Origin: Fimbriosthenelais zetlandica | Taxonomy: Eukaryota | Length of the DNA: 64,000 bases | NCBI GenBank assembly: GCA_977030845.1 | Contig: OZ365115.1 | Span: 18,042,001-18,106,000, forward strand | Direction of reading: 5' to 3' | Shown here: positions 13,101 to 25,750 of the stretch, piece by piece | Position numbering within the stretch: the first letter of the stretch is position 1 | Layout: every line of letters starts with the position of its first letter | Notes under the pieces: generated by a model | Told to the model about the DNA's origin: nothing | Seen by the model: the letters and a program-made list of their open reading frames with translations, nothing else | Database searches by the model: none | Program-made: the position numbers and the translations under genes

Positions 13101-13280
13101 TTAACATGCAGGATAATACTGTGATAGTCTGGGGTCGGCACCTGGTGACCAAGCTCCAGCCTGGGCCACACTATATATTCGTCTTCTAGTAGTTCTACTC
13201 ATTCCATAGAACCCGCACTGCACAATGACGACCTTTCATATTATCACCTCATCGTATAAGACTTTGGTGAGGATGGATGA

Positions 13281-13578
13281 CGAGCTCTGACAGTGGTGGA
13301 AAACTCACTGCTGCTCGTATATTATATACCTTGTGTTGTACAAGAAATTCATCAATGACGAGGGTTGGTGAGGGTACCCTCGTCGAGCGATTATTTTGTA
13401 CAAGCAATAGCTTTGAGAAAACAGTTCTTGGACAATGCGATAAAGAGCAATTGTCCAAACACCTTTTTTTAAGAAAACAGTACTTTAACAAAGCAAACGC
13501 TCGACGAGATTGCCCTCGCTGACCCTCGCCACTGGCGAGATGGCTGGCGAGCTCTCACAGTGGTGGAAAACTCACTGC
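13281..13578 (+). repeat. 31-bp direct repeat pair flanking a MITE copy
   Basis: CGAGCTCT(G/C)ACAGTGGTGGAAAACTCACTGC at 13281-13311 and 13548-13578 (30/31 identical). Confidence 0.95.
13334..13540. mobile_element. MITE family X, copy lacking the right terminus
   Basis: tgttgtacaagaaattcatcaatgacgagggttggtgagggtaccctcgtcgagc ... aacaaagcaaacgctcgacgagattgccctcgctgaccctcgccactggcgag aligns end to end with 32149-32345. Confidence 0.85.
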
Positions 13579-13636
13579 CTATTAACCATTGCAAAGCTGG
13601 ATGTCTAGGATACCCCTCTACCAAACTCTTACCCCC

Positions 13637-13840
13637 TGTCGTACAAGTAAATCTTCGCGAGGGTGATATTCGGCGAGGGTGCCCTCTTTGTTTGATTGCA
13701 TTGTACAGGCACTTTTTTAACAAACCAGTGCTTGGACGATTCAATAACAAGCAATAATCAAAACATTCCCTTCAAGAGAACAGCATTGGAACAATGCAAT
13801 CACTCGACGAGGGTACAAGTCAAGATTTACTTGTACAAAA
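13637..13840. mobile_element. MITE family X, more diverged copy
   Basis: tgtcgtacaagtaaatc...cggcgagggt...gtgcttggac...caataacaagcaat...ctcgacgaggg...gatttacttgtacaa matches the family. Confidence 0.7.
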
Positions 13841-14265
13841 CCAGCTAGGTATTTAGATGAAAGGAAAAACTATATATAGCTAGCTCACCATTGTATGTGT
13901 GCTCTTCCATCTGACCTTCTCATATATACCTACTATTCAATAAAGGTGAATATAGCTGGGTAATTCCACAAGAGAATCTTATTATCCTAAGAAGAGGTAA
14001 GACATTCCCACTATGGTAAAATGAGTAGGGACAAACTGCTTGTAGTAATGAATGTGGGTTACACTATAGCGACACGATAGGGGTAATAATTAGGTTTTTC
14101 GACAACCTCATAAGCCAGGGGTCTATAAATCGCTCCTACTGCCCCCAAGCGGCAGCCAAGGCAAGTTTTGTTACCTTTGAGAAGAAGGCGTGCTGACAGT
14201 GACCCTGTGAATTCATGGTGCTACATTCACAGGCAATCAGGCTTAGCGTCATACATCAAGCACGT

Positions 14266-14366
14266 ATGTGACGTCACATTCTCGTTATTTATCGAAGCTG
14301 ACATCACGTGACCGAGGCTTATTGCAGGTCGCGTGGTACAAATGGCTGGTCCCAGTTCATTTCCGG
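14266..14366. promoter_or_regulatory. CRE + E-box + ETS island
   Basis: 14-bp palindrome ATGTGACGTCACAT (14266-79), ATCACGTGAC (14303-12), ATTTCCGG (14359-66). Confidence 0.45.
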
Positions 14367-16680
14367 TATTGGCAAAGCTACGGAGGGCTTCGTGAAGAGA
14401 TGGTGCCTTCTGGGAATTTCTACCCCCTCTTTAACGATTTTACTTCAGATAGCCTCTGAACTTTGAAATGTTTCTCATGTGAAAGGAATGGATGATGATG
14501 ATAATGACGATTGTATTTTACAATAGGGACAGTACAAATAAACAGTATCTAAATCTTATGTTATTTCTATTTCTGATTCTAAGGAGAGATTTAACATGAT
14601 TATGAAAATAATGAATGTTGCTGAGTATTCTCATTTGTAAGTTTCTGTGTTTTGCATTACAAGAATGTCCCACCACTACATGGATGATGGGACTGCAGCT
14701 CTGGTGATGACAGATATTCATGAGAACCCTGGAAAATTAATTAGGCTAAGGTCATCACTGATGAGGCCCAATCAAGAGAAATTGAATTAATGCAAAAAGA
14801 ATATCTCAGCATACAGGTTTGAAAAGCAGAACGACTGTCTCAAAGTACACAGACGTATTGCTGGTATTCAGTTACTCTCCAATCAGACAAAGGTACAGTC
14901 TTATTATGCCCATATAGCTCTGTCAAAACTTCTTTATTCTACATTTTATTGATAGCTGTACCATTTTAAAAGCCGTTGCCATGGAAGATGCTGTGGCCTA
15001 AAATACCCGCAAGCCTATGAATAAGAAAGACTCGGTACTCTATAATACGAAGGAGAGGAGAAAGACAATCTTTTTCAGAATGTAATATGTGCTTCCCTCT
15101 GGACGAGCTCATGTTTAGTTTGACATTGTGATCCCAGAATACTTAATGGTGATTTAAAAGGTCCTCCTTTAACTTTCTCAGCGGATTCAAAACTTGCGAA
15201 CGGCAACTGAAAGTAAAGTGAAGCTTTATCATCATCAGGTTCCTTCAGAATCCTTCAGTAAAGTCAATTAACCTTCAGTGTTTTTTCAAGATAAGTTTCA
15301 GAGAGTAAATAAACATTGGTTTCCATGAGCAGATCTTCATAGACTGTGGTGGTTAGGGTATAAGCCTGGTTGATATGGATAAGTCAGCGGGGCCTGGTCT
15401 CAAGCCCTATATTATGCCCAGTTCCAGGCCCCGGCCTGACGGGCCAAGTCCCACCTAATGTGATCCACGGCCTACTTAAATGACATCCATAGAGGTAATT
15501 AATTAGGTTGTGCACCATTAGCGGGCCGGACTTCATGAATCAGTGATGACAGAGAACACCTTATACATACCATCAACATGTAGATAGGCTTGCTGGGGGT
15601 TCGCCCCATCCTTCCTAAAGCATCATGTATGGAATGATAACGACAGCCCACATGGTCCATTTATCAAACCACTCAGAAACTCTGCAAGCCTGCAGCAGCA
15701 GCTCTCATGGCGGCGCTCACCCTCAATACCAACCGGCCCCCCCGAATTCCCTTGTTTTGTCCACTTTCTGTGCCATCTTAAATACCCAGGTGAGTGTTCT
15801 TGCCATGAACACAACACATGGGCACAATAAAGCAAGTCGTACAAACGCCCTTCATTTCCTTTCGCCTTGTCTGATTGGCTGTTCTGATTCAATGCATGCG
15901 TTGTGGGGATTGGTGGGGTGATGCTTTAACAAAAGCACCCCCGCCTGTCCATCTACTGCAATGAGGTCGTCAGTCCTGACCAGTCTATAGAACTAACCCT
16001 GCAAGGATCATTCCAGGATCCTGGTTCCTGGTACCAGTGTGGTGGTATACATTCGGTGTTAGGGTCCATGTGGGGTGTGGGAAGAAGGATGGTGGGGGAG
16101 AGAGCATTGAGGGGCTCACAACATTATATAATGGTAGGGCTCTCACTATTTCTATAAAGCAGATGGCTGTGGATCATGGTGGGTGTTAATAGATTGGATC
16201 AGAACGATCTGGGAGGAATGCCAGACTTAAAGCCTTGCCCAGAGGTCCTATGATGGAAGAGATTGGAATTGCATGAGATCAATATGGCCTGTAGGATGGG
16301 GATCAGCACGTATTTGTCAACTAGAAGGAATAAGTTATAAACATCTCATCATTGTGTTATTGACTAGGCTATGTGCTCAAACCATCAATTGCTAAATTCA
16401 TATATATATCATTCATGAGATCTCCTAATTTACAAGAGTTCTTGTCAAGGGAAACTACTGTCAATTTTCATTAGACATGTCTATTGTAATGTCTATATAC
16501 TTTCGTATAGTGTTCATAGGTGTTCGAAGCGCACACCCCTTGCTTTTACAGTCGGTGGTAAAATTTAACATAGAAAAAGAATTCTATAATTGACCACTCT
16601 TCAACAGTGCAATATCGTATACGACTCCCTCATGCACTGGAACATTCTCAACTCTCGCCAAGTCACATGAGACAAGAACA

Positions 16681-16767
16681 GGTGTCACGTGGCCGGAAAT
16701 GAGTGTCGCTCTCAAGTGGCAGCTGTCGGAAAGATGGCGGTCTTTGTTAACATGATCAGATGTGAGA
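16681..16767 (+). promoter_or_regulatory. Housekeeping-type core promoter with candidate first exon
   Basis: GTCACGTGG E-box (16684), CCGGAAAT ETS site (16693) and AAGATGGCGG YY1/Kozak motif (16731-40) within 60 bp. ATG at 16734 reads MAVFVNMIR, then T|GTGAGA donor (16762). A second donor GTAAGT lies at 16790. Confidence 0.6.
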
Positions 16768-18307
16768 GCTAATGTGATTTGTGGAATTTGTAAGTCAGAA
16801 CAGGCTTTGCCTCCTTGACCAAAATCCCCTGCCCCGTGTCTTCAGAGCTGGGCATTGGTTAACTCTAGTCGAGAACCTATAGCTGCCTTGGTCAGGAGGT
16901 GAAATGAATGAAAGAAGAACCATGATTAAAGCCTGTGGGGGATGGATAATGTAGGACATAAATGTATACAACATAAATATCATAGATTCTTTAAGAGACC
17001 TATGAAGTTAGAACATAGCTAAATAGATGGAATTAGTTATTCAGCTCAGTGGGGGTTCATAGTAGGAATGGAAGTGCAAATGGGAATTCCCATAGAAGAT
17101 CGTTAGCAAGAAAAAGGTCTTTGTCATTTCCTAAAAGGAAATGTTCCTCATTCCGAAGGAACTTCGGAAAAAATCTCAGGGCTATTATGGAAGAAATTTT
17201 GGGTTGGTATCGGTGCGGTAAAGGTCAGGGCCATTAAGGTAACTGTTGGTAAGTGTTTGAACGTGAGAAGCATCAAAAACAAGGTCATTACCATTCTTCT
17301 CTTAAATGAGAAGCAGCACCATTTAATAAATGGTATACTTAGTTAAGGTTGAAACATACATTTATATTATGGATGGTGTTTTAAGGTCTAATGCTCTAAA
17401 GTATAGTATATATGGAGAGAGACTGCAAAACTCTTAATATAATGCATTACACTGCGTACTCCATGCATACAAAACAAAAAATTAATAGACAAAAAATGAT
17501 ATATATTTGGAACTTTAAAACATTGAATGGATGTTTTTCTCTCCCTTCTTTCCTATAACGTCCATACGCTTCTATACAATGTTTTCAATGAATTTTGTGA
17601 AGGTAAGAGTTTATGTTGAAAAACCCTCCATAATTGACCCAAATGAACTCATGTTTCAGCGCTAGAAAAACTCGCCCATAACTTCATCCTCACTATATGT
17701 ATCCATCCTCATTTAAATTCAGCACCTATGCATCGTACAGTATCTGTGAACGACCGCCTGGACCTCTGAGACCCTCATCCCGAAGTTCTGAAATCCTCTT
17801 GCACACACAGGAACATACACTATAGCGAACAAAAGGTCCTTCTCATGGCTTAGTATGCCTATCAGACCCTATAATGCTGTGCCTCTCTGTCTAAGTCTTC
17901 TCAGCTCGCCTAAGTGCCTTGTTAAGTCCCACCCAGTAACCACGGTAATCTAGAAAAAGTGCAAGTAAGTTACTTAGGGAACAAGCACTGATTGGATAGT
18001 GAATGTTTTCATCCATGTCCATGATCTCCTTGATCTGTTCTTATATCTGAGTGTTGGTGGAAGGATGTATAGTACTATTCATGTCCTGCTGGCCTCCCCA
18101 GGGGTAGCGTAGGTGGCACATCCAGGGGATGAATAAATGATTGAAGCCTGAGGATATGCTTCTTTGTCATACTTGTACATACACATGTACATGATCTCCT
18201 TGAGATAACTCATATTGATTAATTAATTATAATGGAGAGGTGGGTATAATGGATCCTTGCTGTAAAACTGCAAAATATTTGGGTACAATAGAACCTTTTT
18301 TGCATTA

Positions 18308-18583
18308 TTTTTTCTTTTTTTAGTTAAAATTTTTATAGAGCCATATTTTTGGGTGGATACCAGCTCACAATCTGGATTAATATTCAAGTTGTTGTATGTT
18401 TTTCAGCTGGGGTTTTTTTCTATGTGCATTACTACATTGCCTTCTGTGCAATGGATATTTCTAGGTGCATGTGCTCTAGAACAATGCACCAACACCCTGA
18501 GGAAGGAGACATTGTAAATGTTTTAGAAAGTTCGGGGGATTGAACCGCCGACCCTTCGATCATTGGTCAACCACCCTGTGAGT
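18308..18583 (-). mobile_element. tRNA-derived SINE, family A, 5'-truncated copy
   Basis: Shares ttttatagagccatatt...ccagctcaca...ttttcagctgggg...ctacattgccttctg(c/t)gcaatggatatt...tctaggtgcat...ggggattgaacc with 1419-1729. The B box is present; the A box is lost. Confidence 0.8.
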
Positions 18584-21483
18584 TAAATTGTTTATACAAT
18601 ACATGTCAAAGTCCCTAAGAGAATAATAGATAATGCACAAACATGCTTTCATATATAAAGCTTTTTTTGTCGCATTATTCTGCACAAACAACTACAAAAT
18701 ATTGAATGCCTGGTCATAAAGTTCAGCCAAACTCTTGTCAAAAATCTTGAAGTATTCATGGCAGTGAAAATGACATCTCGCCCTTTGAGATTAACCATCT
18801 GTCACAGACTACTGCAAATCACATAAATAAACGCCATTATATATATATGTTTCATTCCATAGAGACGGAAGGAAAAATCTCCAAGCTTATGAGATATGTT
18901 ACAGATATGGTTACAGATTTGGCCCGACTTCTATCCAAATCCGCAGTATAAGATATTCCAGTATCTGATGTGACTTTTTGCCACATCAACTGCGAATCCC
19001 GACTGCTGTAGAGAGAGAGAGATATATACATACATTTCCATCGAGGACTGACATGTTCCTATAGAAAGGGGCAACGAGGAGGAAGAAAGAAAAAGAAAAA
19101 TTACTTTTCAGACAAGGACCACCTGTTGGATTTTTGGCTCATAAATCTTGGCAAAGCCCCCCTACAAGGCTTAACCCCCGGACCCAGCAGCACGAAGAAG
19201 GGCTTGCTTACCAGAGCTGCTTTGCCATTGACGAAACTGGCCTGGCTGTTTAAGATTCCACTCTGGTATAGTGGTTGCCAGGGGCCAGTGATTACTGAGG
19301 GGATGACGGGCTCTAGGCAGCCAGGAGGTCTTCTTCATACTGGAATAATCCTCTTGGGATCAACACCATAGCGAAGAGCAAGCCATCTCTGGCTACATGT
19401 ATACCTATATGTACATGTGTAGTACACTGAAAAGTACTGATCATCATACAAGTTTGGCTTAGACAGACAAACTCCCATCATGCTCCAGTTATCATGTGAT
19501 ATTATTATCATCACAAGAGAATACTGCATGTTGTATGTAATACATGGAAATTAAGCAGCGAAATGGAGTGCATGGAGTGCTCATGGAAATGTCATGGCTA
19601 TGGCTATATTTCTATTATACATTGTATATATTCATTGTCCCAGTTTGGATGCTTCTGTGCTATGTACAACACTTACCGTGGCAATTAACTCGAATCCTAC
19701 ATGCATCCCCAAAATAATACAAAAAGTTATCACTTTAAAGAAATTACCCTAAGTTCTTTTTAAAATTGTCACTATAAGAAGCCAATCAGTGAAGAATTCA
19801 GTTACCTATAAAATCCAGCATAGGTATGGAGCCTTCAGAATCACCATGGACTTCAATGTGAATTATACCCTTTGTGACACTGATTAATATCCAAAGACTT
19901 TAGTTTCACTTCAGTTTTAAATATTGTTCTCCCTTAAACTGATGCCTACAAAGCTTTGTTTAGTCTTTTATATCATGAGAAAAAGCTAACTTACGAGCTG
20001 CATATTAAGTAAGGACCATGAGGATCATTACTTTAGGGTACGCTTTATCCCCATTTTTCCATCCTCTATCATTAACTGCCTCTCCCAAACCACCAGGACA
20101 TCCGTAACTCCAATAGAGAAGTCGTTAAGCTTCATTTAAAATCCCTATTGCCATTGCCACAATCCTCTCTGATTAGGCAGGATGCCAGAAACAATTAGTC
20201 TTCATATCATTGTAAACCATAGCTTCTGTGCTTGCAGACACTCGTAAGCATGAACGATTGTGAAGTTCGAACACTTCCTCCGATACATTCTGCACTTGAT
20301 ACGTGGATAATTTATAACAGAATTAATATTCATTATTAATATGATTCATTATTCATTATGAGTACAGAATAAGTAGCCATCAATAAAGCTCATAATTACT
20401 TTGAACTCAACAATTGAATTATGATAAGGAACCCAATATATACACAGGCGTTTATCTAGGGTGAATATGAGTGATAAGTCCTATGAATTCGATTGGTTAT
20501 GAATCAAACGGAATATATGTTTATTATATCAACATTGGTCAAAATGGGAAACGCAATTAAATCAAATAGTTCTGCCCAAATTCCACTAAAAAAAACTGCT
20601 GATTCTGCAGATTTCAGATTTCAATCAGACTCTCAGTATTTCACCAAATCTGTCTCGATTGAGGCAAAGGAAAGCTGCAAGAGAAACAACAGAACCAGCT
20701 TTTTGTGGTGGTTAAAGATAAAAAGACTTTCAGAGCAACCAAAAGGAAAGACTTTGCATTGGTATCAATGCCTTCGACAAGAGCTAGAGGAGAGAGTCCT
20801 CAGATATAAGCTAAGCTATACAAAGACGACTATAAGCTTTTACTGGCCTTGAGCCTTCACTGCCCAGTGAGGACAGATGAAGGACATTTGCAGGCCAAAG
20901 GCCAGAAGAGAGGAAGTTTTATTGCTTAGATATCTACAAGCTATTCTTCAACCAACGTACTGCAAATGCAAGCTATTTTATCGCTCTTTTGATAAGGGAT
21001 ATCTCCTCCGATATATCAGTATACCCACAGTATACATGTGTGGAGACTCAATTAAAGAGGTACAAAAGGTCAGGTAGTAAATTTTCCTCTATAACACACC
21101 TGTGACCAAGTTCAGTAATATTGATATCGGTTCCTCTATATATCTATAAGGTCTATCTTTAGTTCGTCTAGTACGTCTATTATGGTCACTGAGACAAAGC
21201 CAAATGAGGCTGACCTGTGAATATGTGCTTCCATTTACGCTTGTTTGTCATGATAAGGGTTGCCCATCGATAATTCATGGTAAGGGACCTGTATTCTGGC
21301 CTCCTGACGACTATAGAAACAATACTCAAGCCCGAGCTGGCATGTCCTTGCATAGGTCACAACATACATACTGCTAGCCTAAGCAGAAGGTCCTGAATAT
21401 TGATCTTCTCTGTTCTCCTCTATACATATATCCCCCCCCCAGGTAGCTTCACCTTTGACTTGGTCTAAAATTCTATTCTTATA

Positions 21484-21688
21484 AGCCTGTACTCCACTGC
21501 TGCGATTTTGCTTGCGATACTAATTGCGACAAAGGTGATGTTGAATGTGGCAATGAAAAATGTGCCAGTGGAGGACGGCCTTAAGGCTTGGGACACTTGG
21601 ACCACAATTTATTAATTTGGATGCGACACAAGCATTTCCTTTGTGGTAGTAGCGTCGTAAGCAAAATCGCAGCAGTAGAGTACATGGT
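21484..21688. mobile_element. PIF/Harbinger-like MITE, second copy
   Basis: TIRs GTACTCCACTGCTGCGATTTTGCTT / AAGCAAAATCGCAGCAGTAGAGTAC. The interior (ttgcgacaaaggtgatg ... gacacaagcat) is homologous to 40786-40973. Confidence 0.8.
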
Positions 21689-23339
21689 ATACGAAGAGTA
21701 GCCTATAATACTAGCCTAATATTCCTTTTGAGACAGGTTACTGATTACTGGGTGACATATTTAAAATATTATATTTTTATTTACATTTTAATTCATTTTG
21801 GCCACCCTAATTATGTCCTTGTTAACACTGGCTTAGTGTATGAGGTTTTTAACCTTCTGTTTCAGAAAATTAGTCAGAAAATGTGGAGATCTTAAAGGTC
21901 GGTAAACATTGTTAAGGTGGCCCTTTACTTTGACCATGTAAACGAAATGTCAAACTTGCTGTTACAGTGCTTTGACTCTGAGTAAATGACGAACGTTTCC
22001 TCAAGCAACAAAAAATATTACTATTATATTACCAAACATATCTATACTTTTACTTATGAACTTATGTTTGAAAATGAGTAATAACTCCCTTCATCTTATT
22101 AACCTATTACATTTTACAATCGGAAACCTTTACCTCATATATTTAAATATCTAATCCCCAATTCCATTATACCTTTATTTAAGTTCTATTACAAAACTTC
22201 TCTTTTGCCCTATTTATAATAACCAGATATTTACCAAGTCAAAACAAAGCCAAACAAATTACAAAAAATACAAAATAGCCTTTTACTGGTCTAATGACTT
22301 GGCAACCTGTGAACCAAAAGGCATACTTGGCTCGGGGTAGATAAGGTAAAAAGTGGGATATGAAAACAAGGAGGGAGCTATAGGAAATGGTAATTAGAAG
22401 CATCAACGTGAAAGAGACAGATGAGGAGTAAACTCACCTTGGCCAGGCTTAGCTGTGAGAAAATATAAAGTATAATCTTTTTCTCATGCAGTAATAATCC
22501 TATATATGAAATAACAGATATATATATATATATGTTATATATCATGACAAAACCGTGATGCTTGCAAATAATCACTGCCCTCGATAATGTAAGCGGAAAT
22601 ACTTTCTGAAATTTAGAAAAAAAAATCAAGAATGCGTTCAGGAAACATTTTCTGCACAAGGCTGAATATGTAGAGCACATTGTATGTACAAATATGTACA
22701 TCTATTCTATTGTATGTACGTAAGTATATAATATGATAGTTGTTATAGTCTAGTAGAGGTAATGTAGCTCCCATATATATATCACTTCTTGTAGGCAGTA
22801 TAAGTATGATGTCAATTCACCAGTGTACCCTTGCCTTCGTCATCAAGAAGCCTCATATTAGAAGAACGAGGAAGACAAACCAGAGGCACCAAAGAGATTT
22901 AAGACCTGCAATTGCCGGTTGGTGGAAGACAGGCACTAAGTTATGACCCCTTTATAGCAGACTGCTTCCGAAGAAATTCCCTTCTAGAATTGAAGCTTTT
23001 CTTTGCTGTACTCTTTATGACTAACCATTTGCTCAAATAAACTAACAGAGAAATGTTGTCACTTGTCTTAAGATTTTTCCTGAAGTAAGATAATATGTCG
23101 ATTTAACCCCTGGTTCTGAAATGATGGTTCCAAGATGGTTGGATTCATTTGCTATCCGAATCAATAATTACAACTTCTCAAATTGCAGTTCAGAAACCAT
23201 GTAACCATGCAATATCTTATAGACTGAAAAATATTTGACATTATAGACTTGATTCAACAAAGAATAAAGGCTAATTCAAACCTTGGAAAACTGACACCTT
23301 AAAGATAAAAGAATATCCGTTCTTATTCAACAATAAGGA

Positions 23340-23712
23340 GTATTGAAATATGGTCTCCTACAAGTTATAGTGGCGCCTCCTTAGAAAGTAGTAAAGCATC
23401 TTAGGGTGTTGGATTTCCCTCGATCTTATAATATTAGCAATTGTTTTATTTCCATAACTCTGGAACCTTTTAAACACAAAAAAATCACCTCCGAAAGTTG
23501 GCACTTGTTGCTTTCCAGTTTCTAGATCAAAAGGAAGACAAACATAGTTGGAAAAGATATTGGCAGGAATTTTCAAATTGCAGCCAAGGTAATGACATCA
23601 GTTTTATCGCATTAACTTTGGTAAAAGAAGACCAGCATGTTTGAAGCTTCATTATCCAGCCTACCAAATTAGGTCCAACTCATATTTGAGTGCCAATATT
23701 GATGGCCTTTAA
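23340..23712 (-). mobile_element. Kolobok-like MITE remnant
   Basis: Ends GATGGCCT|TTAA with MITE-like AT-rich interior. A similar terminus (TAAAGGCCATC) occurs at about 49598. Left boundary uncertain. Confidence 0.25.
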
Positions 23713-24908
23713 AGAGGTAACCGATGGCTAGAAAGCAATAGCATGAAAGTCATAAGCAACGATGCCGGCATTTCGAGCATTTCAGTAATCGGTTCATTTT
23801 TTATTTTCGTGACTCGACTGCTTAACAAAAGCAACAAGGCAAAGAAGGACAAGGAACAGCGATATTTTTCTCGTGAAACCCCAGTGCACTTAATCAATTT
23901 AATATCCATAGATATTGTTGCAAGAAAGAGCTCCAGCTAATTATTCAAAAGCATTAATTTATTGCCAATTTACATTACCAAAGTGAAATTATTGCCTTAT
24001 TCCTCTTGCTGAAAAAACGGGAAATATAATCAATTTTCCCATGGCTGAGTATAATAATTATTGCCGAAATTGCCATCTATATGAGAATAGGAAAGAGCAA
24101 TCAGCATTCTTTCTGAATAGAGATCATGAGGAGCGTTCAATATTATCTATAATATTCTCTCCAATGGCATGCATACATCCAATTCCTTGACTGGAAAAAG
24201 GGTTAAGAAATGCCATCCATGCTTCACATCATTCATATTTAGTGCTTCCTATGTTTCTTTAATCACAAGGAGCAAACTATCCACTATAATTTCAGGCTCG
24301 TACAACCTTCGGATTTATGCTCACGCGCTCCCCTGTGCATAAACCACATCAAAAGCCCAAGCTTTTCCATGCGTCCCATCAAAAATACATTGGGACAGAC
24401 ATTGCCGTTTTATGCGTACTGTGTGGGCAGACAAAAAGCATGGCCTTGAAAGGAAGGATATATATATATCAGATCGGACATATATAGCTTATTATGATCA
24501 TTACCACATACAAGTATTGGGCGTCTGTGTTGAGCAGGAGGGGGAAATTAACCATGGGAGAGGGGTTTTGATCCTTGATATTGATGTTGTAATTGGCCCC
24601 CTATGTATTGAAGACACAATGCTTATGATTAATGAAGGGATTGACTCATCTCTGCCATTACATCCTTCCCTGCTCTTCTTCAAAGGACTAGAGAAAGTTC
24701 TTATCTTCATGTTCAGGATGTCTTTACTGATATATGTTCATCCCAGATAAAGGATATCATTATCTGACACAGTCGGGGGATATTTTACTAATTGATCGAC
24801 CTTGAGTTTGATGGTATGAATGTCATTGACTTGTACAAAAGTTAACGTTGCAGACGATGGTGTGAGTGAATGAATATCTATTGATCATTGCATGTTCTTT
24901 ATTTTCAG

Positions 24909-25750
24909 AATTATCCTTTCAAGAAAGTAAAGGATATGTTCAAAACATCAACACACCTTCCAGGAGCGATAGTGGAAAGATGTCGGGGACAATAATACCG
25001 AAAGCGTTTCGTTTCCCAAATACGATCGGATGTCCCTATTGAGACTCTGATGACAATACAAGCATGGAATTAGTTAGGGCAAATTGACAATGGAATGTTT
25101 ACCTGGCCTTGGACAGGTATATACTGGCACTTTTTATCATCATCCTGGGTGTTTAGACAGCGTTGGGACATGCACAAACTTATAGGCTGTTGCATCCCAC
25201 CGTGACATATCAATGACAAGATGCGACACACCCAAGATGATTTGCAATATACATCTATATATATAAACGCACCTGCACGGAAATTGAAGCATTGTACATG
25301 TGCGAACCATTTTATTCGGGTATACTTTGGGTAATTGTGAGCAGAAAGCTTTTGTTTGCAAGTAGCAGGTATTTATATTAGAACCTTTTTTGAGGTAATT
25401 TATTGATATTTGCACCATTTTTGTTGTTGCCTTCAATTCACAGGCAACCCTTGCAAAGTTACAACTATTATTCTTGTCTATCGATATCCTTTCCAACCAC
25501 ACCCTGGGCCAATGTTTTCTACGGAGACTGTTAAGTTTCTAATTTTCAACCAAGAAAATACAGGTACAACAAGGTTAGAAAAGAGCAACCAATGCATCTT
25601 CAGTTGGTTCTATAACTCGTTTTTATCTTCCCAGAATCTGGAACTTTATATATAAATTATCCATCAACAGGAATATACTCCTCAAAACAAGTTTCCATCC
25701 GCCTAAAAGTATATTTTTTCTTAATCTGTACCTGTGAATTATTATTGCTA
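24909..25750 (+). pseudogene. Candidate decayed multi-exon gene (host or transposon-borne), family unknown
   Basis: Short GT-AG segments at 24862-24908, 25117-25160 and 25369-25443. Splicing them gives one frame of about 235 codons with 6 stops (NYPFKKVKDMFKTSTHLPGAIVERC...GQIDNGMFTWPWTALGHAQTYRLLHPTV...KRTCTEIEALYMCEPFYSGILWVIVS...). Confidence 0.3.

Noticed and set aside
14758-14784. CTGATGAGGCCCAA...GAAA hammerhead-like start
   Set aside because: Stem II cannot form (no GGC partner) and no flanking stems are seen; at best a dead fragment.
15636-15650. 15-bp exact match with 32014-32028 (GATAACGACAGCCCA)
   Set aside because: A few such matches are expected by chance in 64 kb, and the flanks do not align.
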